DNA from: Octopus bimaculoides
Taxonomy: Eukaryota
DNA: 64,000 nucleotides
Reading direction: 5' to 3'
Assembly: GCF_001194135.2 (NCBI RefSeq)
Contig: NC_068983.1
Location: 105,470,854 to 105,534,853, forward strand
The notes under the pieces are model-generated. The model saw only the letters and a program-made list of their open reading frames with translations. It was not told the DNA's origin and made no database searches. Below are positions 38,401-53,512 of the stretch, piece by piece (within the stretch, counting starts at the first letter, position 1; the number at the start of each line of letters is the position of its first letter). The position numbers and the translations under genes were made by a program.

Positions 38401-41400
38401 GGAAGACAGTTGGGTAAAGAAATGCCAAGTGATCCGCCATTGGAAGGAACCTGCAAAATGAGAAAATATGAAAAGTGTTAAAGGATTATCTCAAGAGGCT
38501 AAGCCTCATGAAGGTGATGACAAAAGATCTTAATGTGTGACAAAACTCTTTGTTGTAGAAGGTCCACCTAACCCATGCAAACATGGAAAAACCAATATAA
38601 AAATTATGATGGTGATTATTCAGTGAACCCAAAACAAAACTTTAATTTGGTACCAGTAATTATTTACTATCTGGTTTCCATTACCTTGTTTTTTCTTTCT
38701 TTCAACCAGCTTTTGAATTATGCTATGACTACAATTCTCTTCTCTGATAGTAAAGTCAACAGTAATATAATCTCCTGGAATCGAGTAATTCTTCTGCATG
38801 GTAAGCACAGTTTCTGAAATTTACTATTATATAATTCTCTTTCTCTCTCTCATTGTAAGATGCTGAGAGATTTGAATATTGTTTGAACAAATGTCTTATC
38901 TGTTGTTCTTTAGCCTTGAGTAGTACCAGTGATCAAGCACACTTGTAATCAAAAGTGTTCCAGTTGTGACCATCCTGTTCTATTATTTAGGAAAACTCTA
39001 TCTAGGACATTTTTAATATGTTAAGGTGTGATTCAGGAGAGATTTGGCTGCTGTTTCTAGCTAATTGGTTGTTGTTACTGCATCTTTGTATGACAATTCC
39101 ACTAAGTAATGTTTCCTCTAGAAAAAGTTCTTTGGTAAAACAGATTAAGGAAAACAATTCCAAATAAACAAAATATAAAGTAATGGATTTGTTAGGTTGA
39201 TATCAAACAAAATAGGAATTCCTATGAAACCCCAATATGCTAGAAATATTAGCCAAGTACCTTCAGATTGCACCCTCCTTTACTTAGTAAAAAAGTATAC
39301 ATTGGATAATGCAGTTCATTATCATCATCATTTAACGTCCGTTTTCCATGTTGGTATGGGTTGGACAGTTTGACAGGAATTAGTAATGCTGAGGTCCACA
39401 CCAGACTCCATTGTCTGTTCAGTATGGTTTCTATGACTGGATGCCCTTTCCAACGCAGGGCTAGTCACAACTTGACTGCCTTTGATCATAGGTCTCTTTA
39501 TCCATGGATCATCTAAGGTTGAACAACAACAATTATGAGATTAAAATGCAAGAGTGTAAACAGCATAATCATGACTTGAAACCATACTCACAGCCATACT
39601 CTTGGATTCTGGACAAAACATAGTTGCTTCTGTTTGTGCACTTGTTTGACATGTGACAAATAGGTTTCATTCATATCTAATCTATTGAGCAGTAGTAAAA
39701 CAGTTGCCTAGATAAAGAACTGTAGTTGTTTGACCTGCTTGAAATAGCAACCTAATCTTCCTCAAATCACACACCATCTTATAAAAAGTGAACACATTGA
39801 ATAATGTAGTCTTAGATACACTCTAGGACTAAGCAACAAGTGCTTCAATAAAGACCATTTCACTTTTGCTAGCATGGAAAATTTCAATGAAACATTGAAC
39901 AGAAAGCTTAAGAATCATCATCATAGGTGCAGGCGCGGGTGTGTGGTAAGAAGCTTGCTTCCTAACTACATGGTCCTGGATTCAGTCTCACTGCATGGCA
40001 CCTTGGACAAGTGTCTTCTACTGTATCCTCAGGCCAACCAAAGCTTTGTGAGTGGATTTGATAGAATATGGAAGAAGCTTGTCACATATCTATGTGTGTG
40101 TGTCTTTGTGTTTGTTCCTGTCACTGCTTGACAACCAGTGTTGGTGTGTTTATGTTCCCGTAAATTAGCAGTTTGGCAAAAGAGACCAATAGAATAAGTA
40201 CCAGGCATAAAAGAAAATAAGTATTGGGTCAATACATTTTACTAAAAATTCTTTAAGGTGGTGCCCTGGCATAGCTGCAGTCTAATGACATAAACAAGTA
40301 AAAGATAAAAGATCATCTTCTAATGTCCATCTTCCAAAGACTGCAGTGTGCTCCAGTGTCTACTTTAGCATGAGTTCTGCAGCTGGATATTTTTCTAGTG
40401 CCTACCACTTCACAGAGTATACGGGGTGCTTTTTTGTGATATTACCACTAGTGGGATTGTCTCGTAACTTACAAGATTAAAACTCCCTTTGACTGAGTGA
40501 GGTTACTCTAGAGGGAGGAGCAGCTTTATACTGAGAGATGTGAGGAAGCATTCAGATTATTCAGTCAAATGTAATGCTTATTTATTGACATCATTTTGCT
40601 TTAATCATGCATAATCTTGTAGCTCTGAGATTTCAATGATGTGATTGTTTTTAGACTGACATTGTAGGGTAGGTGTAAGAGGCCAGATCCAGCTAGTTTA
40701 AACATAAAACAGGTAGAATATTTGGGCCTGATATGGCCAGTTTGAATGTTGAAGGGTTAAAGTATGAAAGACGAGGCCAGAACAGGTTTCTTACATTAGG
40801 AAACCTGTTTTGTTCTGCCCATTATAAATTGAAACAAATGTACTGTTTCAATTTATCTTTCATTGACTATATGGATGTTTAAGAATATTTTATCGTTTTG
40901 AGGTGATTTGGTTTTCATGATCATGCATCACCAAACCACTCAAATTGTTTCATGATCTACTACCGGTTCTTTTCTTTCTCCTTTTTATTTCTCTGTTGAC
41001 AGATAAGTGAAGTTTATTCTTTTGCTTTCAACATAAAATTGCAGTAATGATGAGATGCAATCACACTACTTTCAAACCCAAGAGGCTATCATTTTATCTA
41101 CTTGACCATCATGATTCTTTGTTAAAGAATAAAGTTTATTGATAATTTTCATTGATATTATATGTTCTAGGACCACCAGGGACTGGGAAAACTTCTCTGT
41201 GTAAAGCTCTGGCACAGAAAATATCTATTCAACTATCCGACCGCTATAATTATGGCACATTGATAGAACTTAACAGTCATGGATTGTTTTCTAAGTGGTT
41301 TTCAGAAGTAAGATTATTTCTCATCTTAATTCTTAATTTCATTCTTTATATTGTTATAAATTTGATAAAACAATTTAATATATTCACTCCATTTTATCCT

Positions 41401-44400
41401 TAGCTTTATATTTTTCTCCTTGATGATAAAATTTTAATTTGTTGACAACAAATAAATTGTCACTATATCATTTAATTATCTAAAGTAATTCACATTGCAT
41501 TTCTTTCTAATTGTTAATATTTATATTTAATTATCTGTATTTATTCTGATTGTATCACCTTGTTTTAGAAATTGTATTCCAATGTCATTTTCCATGTTTC
41601 TTTTTAATCTATTTGAGTTCATTCAATTATTTGTGTATGTTTGAATGTGAGTTTATCTTTGAGTTTCTTTCATATGAAATAGAGGCACATGCATGGCTGT
41701 GTGGTTAAGATGCTTGCTTCCTAGCCATGTTATGTTGGGTTCAGTCCTATTGCCCAGTACCTTAGGATAGTATCTTCCACTATAGCCCCCCAAGCTAACC
41801 AAAGTCTTGTGAGTGGATTTAGTAAATGGAAAATGAAAGAAGCCCATCATATGTGTGTGTGTTGTGTGATTGTTATAAATGAGCATCATATGAATGTGGT
41901 TGTTCATTTCCAATCTTACATGTAAAACATATCTAGCTATGGAAAAATATTACTTTGTTTGGAGACAGGTGAGATTTGGTGGCAGGAAGAGCCATTCATC
42001 TGTAGGAAATCTCCCTCAACAAATTCCATCTGACCCATGCAAGCATGAAAAATCATCATCATCATACATCTGTTTTCCATGGGTTGGATTGTTTGATAGG
42101 AGCTGGCAAGGCCAGGAGCTGCACAAGGTTCCATTGTCTGTTTTGGCATGGTTTATACAGCTGGATGCCATTCCTAATGCCAACAATTTTATAGAGTGTA
42201 CTTTTTACATAGCACCAGCACCAACAGGGTTACCAAATACCTTACAAGACAAAATAACCCTCAACTGGAAGAGAGGAGTAGTAGTGAGAGGATGTGGCTT
42301 TGTGCCAGTTGAGAGATTGAAAGTATAGGTGTTTAGCTGTAGAGTAGATACATTGATTTCCCATTTGGAAAAAAGAAAGGGGAGTAAGTTAGAGAGGAAG
42401 ATGAAGAGAGCAATAGTGAGAGAGAGAGAGATGATGGCAAAGGTGTATTGAGACATGTCCTCAATGGTGAGAATAGGTGAGGTGACATAGAGGGTGAATG
42501 TTAAATGATGATAATGAAACTATGTTAGTAGGCTATGTTAATCAGTCCACAATTAAAATCTTAATCTATTATCTGATGAAAAATCAAGAAGGTACTCAAG
42601 TTCATACTAACCTATGAACTAAAATATAACACCTTTATAAATTAAAGTACATCTTTATCATAAAATATTTCCATTACATTATATGCATTGATACTGGAGG
42701 ATACAGCCCTTCCTAGGTTTGTTACCATTTGTTCATTAGAACAAAGATGAATGACTTCTTCGTTACACATATGACTTCAGTTTTCAGTTACGCATGACTT
42801 CCTCTTTCATATCACCTTAACTATATAAATTATTTTGTGGTGTCTGGGGAGAGTCATTCTTGTTTAGTGCCTTATAGTTTAACAATATTCATTAGAGATT
42901 GATAAAATGAGCACTAGACAGAAAATATTAGTGTTTAATATAATTCAAAAATGATGCTCTCATGCTAAAATAGTCACAAACTCAATATCTATTTCTGAAA
43001 AAGAATATGTGCTTCAGAATTATTGTCTAGCCAAAAGAACTTATACCTCTCACCAGAATAGTTGGAAGGTGGTGACAATGGGATGAGATCCAGATATGAC
43101 TGCAAGCAAATATCTTAACAGCTTGCTTCATGTGTGTATGTGTGCGTGATCTTTAACTTTTATGTTTGCTTTTCCATGCTGGAATGTGTTGGGCCACCAC
43201 CATGCTCCAGGTGAGTTCTTATTTGAAGTTACTTCTCTTAGAGACAGGTTGAGAACCACATGTCATGTATTTCGGCTAGATGCCCTTCCTAATACCAACC
43301 ACTTGTACTGGGTGTACTGCTTGTACTTGGTGTGTTTTATTGTAGCACCATCACTAGAGGTTGCTTTGCCCTTACTAAGACAAAAGAGTCAGTCCTCTCT
43401 TGCTTATGTTGTTGTTTTAGTGGTGGTGGTCTGCATATAAAAGAGGGTGATAGAGATATTATGATGGGAGAAACATTGTGGTAAGAGCATGAGGTTGTTA
43501 GAGGAAGGAGTAATGAACAAAAGAGAAACCATTAGACAGTTACATTTTGGTTAGTATGAGGAGATTGAGTACAAAAGTAGTGGCAATGGCCTGATGAGGG
43601 TAATTTGGTTGTTATTCCTAGCAGGTTGAGCAGATGTGTGGGACTTCCCTAATGTTGATTAATTGAGCTATTTTTGTATCTGTTTTTTTTTATCCTCTTT
43701 TCTTCTCCCCATCAAAAAGTATAAAGTCATTTACTGATTAAATGTTGAGAACCTAATATATCTGTTATTCAAACTGACATTGTTTCTTTCACTTATAGAG
43801 TGGCAAACTTGTTGTGAAGTTGTTTGAGAAAATTGAAGAGATAATTATTGACAATGAAGCTTTGGTATTTGTATTAATAGATGAAGTAAGTACTTTTTTA
43901 TTTGATGTACATTCGATAAATGTTTTGAAACTTAATCAAAAAGTTAAATTAAAGCTTCTTGACATCATATTTCTGCTGCTTGAAGTGTGTTTGTGTGTGT
44001 GTATGTATCTTCAATAATAGTTGTTGAGTTGTTGATGGTGGTCCACTGACCAGGTGAAAGGTTAGTAGTTCATAGCCTGTCACCAACACAATATTGTATT
44101 TGTGTAGAAACTCTGATAAAAAAAACTTGAAATAAGCTCTCCCATCAAAGTTAAAATAAACTTCTTTCATACAGTGACAATTGGTCATACTATTTGTTGA
44201 AAACAAATCTTCCAGCAACTAATTATGCAATAATAAGATGTGGGAACTGTACTGATATTTAACATAGGAATGCCTATGTGCTTAAAGTACTGGATTACTG
44301 ATCCAAAGATCAGGCATCCAAATCCTGTGTCAGATATAATACTGTAACAGGTATTGCTGATAAAGTATATTACTCTACTTGTCTCACTGTACCTCCTCAC

Positions 44401-45292
44401 TTATTGTAGGTATTACTTATTTCAAAGCTGTTAGGTAGGTCATGTGATTGGAAATTGACATGGTTATGTCTTTTACCTGAGAATAGAAATGAAGTCAAAA
44501 AATGGTTTCATCGAATTCCTGACTTTTTTTTTGTCTTTTTTTGTTAAATTGGATTTTAACCAAAAGCAATCATCACAGCAGACAAAATACATTCACATAC
44601 ATGTAATAAATTCATATCTAAGTTTGGAAGACTATGCTAAAAAATAGATTGCAAAACCAATTTTTTTCTTCTTTTTAAATCACTGACATAATATTTAGCC
44701 ACAGATTATAGATATGAACTTTATTCTTGATGTTATAGTAAAAAAATAAAGTTTAATGTTTCCTTAATCAGCATCTATTATAAGTGTTTAGAATTTCAAG
44801 TTGATAGAAATCTAGAACAAATAAATCTATTGTAGTTATTAAGATAAGAACATGTTTAGACCTTGTTATTGCTGATGATAAACATACCTTGCAGTTAGTA
44901 ATGGAAGTTTCTCTCACTAAACTTATTCAAAGTATCATAGTGTCTTGATTGAAAGATTTTGAAATATATCGTTTCTCAAACTGCAAAGTTGCATGTTTTC
45001 GTCTTTTTAAATGAAATACTCAGTTCAGTTTTGTTTGTGCATGACCATTATATATTTTGTTTGATTAATTTCTATTTAAAGTGAAACAAAGTCTTGATGC
45101 TTGTAATTGATTAGGTTGAAAGTCTTACTTCTGCAAGAAAAAACAGTCTGAATGGCAACGAACCGTCTGATGCTATTAGAGTGGTCAATGCTCTTTTGAC
45201 GAAAATCGACCAAATCAAAAAGTATGTTCTTTTGGCTTCTTATGGTTTTCTACTAATCTCCCCCCTCTCTCTTTCTCTCCCCACCCTCCATT

Positions 45293-45335
<43 letters not shown>

Positions 45336-48300
45336 ATTGAGTAAATACATTCCATTCATTGCTTCAAATGATTTGTACCAAAAAACATTTAATTAAGCTG
45401 AAACAGAATTTATTTTCAATTCAGAAATATGTTATTAGCAGGATTGAATTTGATTCCATTTTTTTTTATAATTCTCTTTTCCTCTTTTGCTTAATCTATC
45501 TAAAATTTCTTTGCAGTTATTCAAATGTCTTGATTCTTACAACATCAAATATCACAGGTGCCATTGATTTGGCATTTGTAGACAGAGCTGATATCAAGCA
45601 GTACATCGGTTTGCCTTCACCTCGAGCAATTTTTAAAATATACCATTCTTGTATCAATGAACTAATGAGGGTATGTAAAATGTGTTCACTTTGTTTGTTT
45701 GCATTGATTTTTTTTTTAACTTACTTAAAAGTTCAATAATTTGTATTTGTTTTCATATTTGCAAACTATTCAGTCCAATTAACAAGTAAATATAACTTTT
45801 TGAGTTACTCATTATTGTCTTCATTTAATGTCTGCCTGCTTTCTATGCTGGCATGGATTTGACAGCTTGACAGGATTCAGCTATTCACAAGACTGTATCG
45901 AACTCAAGTGTCAGCTTTGGCATGATTTCTACTGCTGGATGCCCTTCCTAAAGCCAGCCACTTTACACAGTGTACTGGGTGCTTTTCCATGTCACCAACA
46001 CTACTAAGGTTGCTGTGTAACTTCCAAGACAGAAAAAAAAAACTTGGATAAAGGAAAAGGAAAAAGCTCCCACTACATAGGCACAGGAGTGGCTGTGTGG
46101 TAAGAAGCTTGCTTGCCAACCACATGGTTCCGGGTTTTGTCCCACTACATGGTACCTTGGGCAAGTGTCTTCTGGTATAGCCTCAGGCTAACCAAAGCTT
46201 TGTGAGTGGATTTGGTAGACGGAAACTGAAAGAAGCCTAAGGGCATCCAGCTGTAGAAACTCTGCCAAATTAGATTGGAGCCTGGTGTAGCCATCCGGTT
46301 GCACCAGTCCTCAGTCAAATCGTCCAACCCATGCTAGCATGGAAAGCGGACGTTAAACGATGATGATGATATATATATATATGTATGAGTGTGCGTATGT
46401 GTGTCTGTGTTTGTACCCACCTCCATTGCTTGACAACTGATGTTGGTATGTACCTGTAACTTAGTAGTTTGGTAAAAGAGACCGACAGAATAAGTGCTAG
46501 GCTTACAAAGAACACGTCCTGGGGTCGATTTGTTTGACTAAAGGCAGTGCTCCAGCATGGCTGCAGTCAAATAACTGAAACAAGTAAAAGAGTAAAAAGA
46601 GTACTAAGAAAAGGGTATTTGAGAAGGGAAAATGGAGGTGGGTGGCTTTATGCCAAGTGTTGAAAGGCTAAAGTATGATAGAGGAAAAGTGCAGGTGTCT
46701 TGCTATAGAAGAGATACATAGCTGAAAGAAATAAAAAGAAGGTTGCGATTAGGTGCTAGAGCAAACGCTCAAGGTACAAGAGGATGAGCATAAGAGAGGA
46801 TACAGATAATGAGTCATGGGAGAGGATGAGAGAGTGGATATTTTCATAAGAGGATGAGGGGGAATAACAGATAGTTAAAGATGGGGGGGGGGGTTAGAAG
46901 TGAATACAGCGAGTGATGAACAAGGGTGGAGATGCTGTTGAAGGGAAATACCTGTATGAGGCGGGGTAAGATGAGAAATATAGGACTGGCTCAGGTAGGA
47001 GTTGTGGGATGATGTACAAGGTGTAGGAGCAGTGGAGAAAGAGATATACAGGTACATTAGGGGCTTCAGTACTTCACTGACTATGGATTGCATAACATGA
47101 TGATAGATATGAGAGGACATTGAGAATGATAGCGGATAAGAGAGGCATTAAGAATGGAGTATAGCAGAAGGGAGAGAGAGCAGTGGCTGAAAACACAGAG
47201 AGGAAGTGATTGGTTGAAATAGTGTATACAGGGATGATAATGAAGAATGGAAGTGATTCCAGGGAGGAGATGTAACATGTGCCGATTCTGTTAGTTAAAT
47301 CACTTGAATAGATAAGCAAGAGTATCCATTTTGATTTGTGTGAGAGCAAGATACCAAACTCAGCAGCATTAGAATAAACTCTACATCAAGGATTATTTCT
47401 TTGTGTCAACTTTTGGCTCTCACTGGTATTTCAGATAACATTGTGTGATAACTGCTACAATGATTTGTCAGTAAATTGTATATTACAGTCATAAGAATTA
47501 AATATCTTAAACACTGATAGTTAATAAAATGGTTATGAATTAGTGCTGGGTCTATGACCTCATAGTCATTAATTCAAATTTTACTGCAGTCATTGCAATG
47601 TATCCTTGAATAAAGTACATAACTTAATTTGCTTCAATATACCTTACTGACAATAGGTTGCTCTTTTGTTTCACATTTAGATGGTTACTAGTGACAAAAG
47701 CACAAGAGCTCATCATTATAATCATCATTTAATGAGCATGTTCCATACTGATGTATATTGGCTGGTTTGATAGGGTCCAATGAGTTTAAAGACTGCATTG
47801 TGCTCTAGTATCTGCTTTGGCATGGTTTCTACAGCTGGACATCCTTCCTAATACCTACTACTTTACAGTGTGTAGTGGGCACTTTTTTGTACCACCTGCA
47901 CAAATGGTCTCCATGCAACTCACGGCACTATGAAGTCTGAGGAAGGTTGGGGAGTTGGCATCAAGCTATGGGGGTGGGAGTGGGGTTTAAACTATGAGAA
48001 GTGGGCATGGTATATAAAATATTCTTAACAGGCAATAAACTGGCAGTCATTAAAGTCTGAGTAAACTTTGCCATTCCTCATTTGAGGATTAATAAAAAAA
48101 AAAAGTATCTGAATTTGTAAGAACATTGGACCAAATGTTTTGCTGTATTTGTCATAAATGAAACCATGTATCATTCATTATCTTTGATTTGAAATACATA
48201 ATTTAAAAAGTTTTGAGAATTTCTAAACTATTTGTCAGTTTCAATTGGCTCAGTACCCCATGTTTCATATGACCTGCTGCTAGGTAAATGGAGTGTAGTA

Positions 48301-51300
48301 CTCAATAGCTCAACATCAGTGACTGGGAATGGCTTCCATTGATAAGAACAACTATCTTAGTTGTTCTTATCATTGGAATAGAAGAGCATATATAAATAGC
48401 TACTTTCAAGAACCATTTTATGTATGCTAGCACAAGTAAAAGATATGAAAGAGTGAAAAAATTATATTTTTACAATAACAACCTTATTGCTTTAATATGC
48501 TTAATTCACTTAGTTTTAATTTGTATTTATTTTGTATATTGGATGTTGAAATTTGGCAGAAATAGTAAAATTCCATATTAAATCTTAGTTCTTGCTGGGA
48601 GTCTTTTATCTCTGCAATAAAAAATAAATGCTAGTAATATATACTAGAGATGTGCAATCCATGCTAGCATGGATAGCAGATGATGATGATAATGTGTGGG
48701 CATGACTGTATGGTTGAGAAGCTTGGGTTCCGTCTTACTGCACAGCATCTTGAGTAAGGGTCTTTTACTATAACCCTGGCTTATAAAGCCTTGTGTGTGG
48801 ATTTGATAGATGGAAACTGAAAGAAGCCTTTTCTATATATGAGTATGTATGTAATTTGTGTTTGTGTGTCCCCTTCTCTTGACATCACCTGGTGGCTGTA
48901 AATGAGTGTCATAATTGTCATATAAATGAGGTTGTTCAAAAAACATGGCCAGCAATGGGAAAATATTACCTTACTTTGAAACAGCTAAGGACTGGTAACA
49001 TGAAAAGCGTCTGGCCATTTCTCTCTCTCACTCTCCTCTCCTGCTAATGTTGATCTTGTATTTGTTCTTGTGTCAAAAATCAGTATTACAGATGTTTTGC
49101 ATTTCTATTATGATTGTAGATGTTTTTATTTATTATGATCAACGTTTTCTTAAATCATTTTGCAATTTTATTTGTTTCAATGACTATTATTGAGAAATAT
49201 GCCATTGCATATGTCTGTGCAGTTGGTGGAAGATTGTCTTCGATTTTTAACTGCATTAAAGATTAACTGCAATAAAATCAAAGAAGAATTCTATCACATT
49301 ACCTCCATCAATAAATATTTTGAGTACTTCATTGACAATATTGAACGCAAAATGAGAACAGCACAAATAATTCAGTTCTAATAGGAGTTTGTGTTATTCT
49401 AAGATTGAGACAATGATTGGTAATTATTGTCTTTTTAAAATGTTTTTAATGTTTAAAGCTTAAATTGTTTGCACAAAAGTATTCTTATACTATTGAAGAA
49501 AAGAGATAATTGTTCAAAGAAAATGTTCATTTATATTTGAAAAGTAGTCTGTCAGATTAACTTATCAAATCATTGTTTTACTAATGATGCAAGGCATTTT
49601 GTCTTTAGCAGCATTCTTAGGAGCTGTTCATAGTTTTTGTTTCCATTTCTCATTAATAAATTTAGTTCAGTTGTTGTTAAATTTTAGAATTAAATACATT
49701 TCTTTTTCAGTTCTAATCACAATGTTTTTACTTTTTTTTTTTATAGTTAAATTAATACACTTACATTTGTAATTAGCAAAATATTTTGATATTTAAAAGA
49801 AATGCATAAAAGAATTATTCGTCATCATCCTTATAATCAATTTTCAAAATTTTTTTTCTTATGTGTACATCATCATCATCATTTAACATCCGTTTTCCAT
49901 GCTGGCATGGGTTGGACAGTTTGACTGAAAACTGGTAAGCTGCACCAGGTTTCAATCTGATTTGGTATGATTTCTACAGCTGGATGCCCTTCCTAACATC
50001 AACCACTCCAAGAGTGTAGTGGGTGATTTTTACGTGCTACTGGCACAGGTACCAGTTAAAAAACACTGGTATCAACCACAACTACGATCTCACTTGGCTT
50101 GACAAGTCTTCTCAAGCACAGTATATTGCCAAAGGTCTCGGTCACTTGTCACTGCGTCCGTGAGGCCCAAAGTTCAATGGGTGCTTTTTACATGCCACCA
50201 GCACAGGTTCAAGATAGGCGACACTGACATTGGCCACTACTATGATTTCACTTGGCTTGACAAGTCTTCTTAAATACAGCATATCGCCCAACATCTGAAG
50301 AGTGCTTTCTACATGCCACTGGCACGAGTGCCAGTTATACAACACTGGCATCAGCTATGTTTGTGATTTCACTTGGCTTGATGGGTCTTCTGAAGCATGG
50401 CATATTGCCAAAGGTCCCGGTCACTTGTCATTGCTTCCATAAGGCCCAGCATTCAAAGAAGCAACATTCATGCTTCATCACCACATCCCATGCCTTCCTG
50501 ACTCTACCACTTCCACAGGTTCCCTCCACACTCAGAAATTGGCACTTCTTCACACAGCTGTCCTCCACCACACATATTACATGGCCATCTCAGTGTAGCT
50601 GTCTCTCTTGTGCACCACATCTGATGCCTCTTATGCCCAACTTTTCTCTCAGGATGCTTACTCTGTCATACATGCACACTGACATTGCACATCCAGCAAA
50701 GCATATTAGCTTCATTCCTTTCAAGCTTTCGCATCTCCTCGGTGGCCACAGCCCACATTTCATTGTTGTGTAGCGTGGCTGTTTGCACACAACCATCATA
50801 CAATCTGAGAAGCCCTTTGTTACCAACAGAGGTAGGAGCTCTCTGAACTTTGCCCAGCCTATTCTTATTCTCACAGCTATGCTCTCGGAGCATCCACCTC
50901 CGCTACTGACTTGGTCACCTACTTCTAGTTTTTTCCCCCCCTGGCATTTGATGGAGTCTATTTTCTGTATATTCTTAGTGTTAATGGTACCTGTGCACCT
51001 TCCACACACAAAAACTATTTTCCCTGTTAACCTTCCTCTGATATTGCTGCACCTCTTATGTTTCCATAGCTTACGCCAGGTACATCTTACAGAGTTACTA
51101 CCTATGTCTTTTCTACAGATGAAGCAGGGCCATCTACCTGAAGGGACTTGTAATTTGTCTGTTCTCCTATTTACTAAGACTTTGGTTTTTGCTAGATTAA
51201 CTCTAAGGTGCTTTGTTGAAAAATTTGTAAGAGGCTATAAACACTACATGCACAAAGAAAACAGTGTTGTCCCCCCTCCCCTATCCATGAACAACATGCT

Positions 51301-53468
51301 GCTATAACTTCATAGTTATTGTAAATTACTGTAATTCGTTATCACTGAAGATCTCTTCTGGCAATCTCAGATCCTTGTCATACCAATGACTGCCTACTTC
51401 CTTAGGGGAAGACTCGCAGAAGATTACTACTCCCACTCCCATACCTGAGATGGGACTGCTGCCACACATACAGATATCCTGGACTGCATCCAAAAAAAGG
51501 TGGCTAACTGACATGAGGTTGCTCACCAACATATTCCTACTCCTATTTCTAGTTCAGAGGCATTCTGTCTCTACTCTGTTCTTTTACCGCTCTCATCCCA
51601 CCTCCACTCAGGCCTTACCTCTATTGTACAGGTAAGGCCCTAACCCACCCGCCCCTACTATAATCACTGCTCCCTCCAGTCCTTCTTCACTAGAATTTTA
51701 GGTCTCTGGAATTCCCTCCTTACTCATGTCCTTCCACCAACTTGAATCTGTTTAAGAACAACTTAAACTATGTCATTCTCACTAGTACCAGATGACTTCT
51801 GTTGGTTGTGAGTACAGTTCTCTTCCTGACTAAAGCAATGAAAAAAAAAAAAAACCAACTAAAACTTTGTAGCCTATAGAATATATGCTATTTGCTTCTA
51901 ATCTCAAATTGATTGTAACCAGTGTATTTATTCAATTTATTTGCTTCTAATTAATTCATATCTTGTGTTAATAATTAGATTAGTTTCTAATCTTTGAAAT
52001 CAATTTCATTTTGCAAACGTTGTTTAAAGGACTATTCATTCCTACTCAAATACTCCTTTTATTAAGAAAAACACATTCAATGTGTTTTTTGTTTTTTTTT
52101 CCTGAAATAATTTTGTCAAAAATATGTACAGGTTATAATTTTGTTATATTTTAAAATCTTGTTTTTAATTACAGACGGGCATAATTTCACCTGTTCAGCA
52201 AATGCTTGATATTCGAGTTTTAGAAATTACTGGTTATGCTGATAACGATGCCACAAAGCTTAGTCTTCAATTGTTAACCATTTCACAGTGAGTTTATTAA
52301 CAGCAATGATTTTACTAAATTTACTACATTTGAATTTATTGAATTTTCTTAGCAAGTGGATTTTTCTACTTAGGACTGCAAGCTATTTCAGCTGTAATCT
52401 AATCTTAAATAAATAAAAAAAAGAAAGAAAAAGAAGACTAATGAAATAACCAGAATATTTTTATTATAGCGTGTGTATTTAAGGCATGCAGATAAGAGAT
52501 TTCATTTTCTATATTCTATTTACTTACCTGATATTGTTTTTGTTCCTCAGTTTGTTAAACTTCTATGTAATATTTTTGTTTCATTATCTATAATGGCTGT
52601 ATGGCTAAGAAGTTTGCTTCACAGCCACTTAGTTCTCAGTTTGATCTGATTGCTTAAGAACTTAGATGATTGTTTTCTATCATAGCCTAGGGTTGACTAG
52701 TATCTTGTTGTTTGTAACTTTTGGTGAGCCATGGTGCAACCAACAATATGCTAGAAATCCCTGCTCATTAATTTGGTGGGATGGATAATATCAAATAATT
52801 CAATCACAACATATATTTAAATTAAACATGAAAAAAATTGAAATATTATCATCACTTAATGGAAAAATTGAAATATTATCTTTCAGCATTTAATAAGGTA
52901 AAATCTTAAATTATTAATTATCTTACAACAGCAATACCTGGAAAATCATGGATTACATGGGAAAATGCGAGCATGAAAAGTAATAATCTTATGATTATAA
53001 ACCTGGAAAAGTACAGGACAAGTTATTACACCTGTAAAAGTATAGGACAAGCTATTACTTCTAGTAAAGTAAAGAATAAGAAACTTTTTACTTAAAATAT
53101 TGCAGCTAAAATTAAAATTTGAATATTAAAACTTATTTTATTATAGTTTACAAATAACACTATACTTATTTAAGTAGAATTTGGCAAATTTACTACCTTA
53201 AATACAGAAAAAAGAGACTAATTAGACAAACTTACAAATTAGCTGAACAGTTTTGTACAATAAATTTAAAAGATGAGAACTGTAAAGAGTGATAAATTAG
53301 AAGAATTGGCATTCTTTGCTGCAATATTTCAAATAAAAAGTTTCTTATTCTTTACTTTACTAGAAGTAATAGCTTGTCCTATACTTTTACAGGTGTAATA
53401 ACTTGTCCTGTACTTTTCCAGGTTTATAATCTTAAGAATATCACTCTTCATGTTCGCATTTTTCTATG

Positions 53469-53512
<44 letters not shown>

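Noticed and set aside
44100-44400. Minus-strand ORF with CLIFGS and DGRAYFK, faintly like a MULE transposase
   Set aside because: Similarity too weak; no TIRs found.
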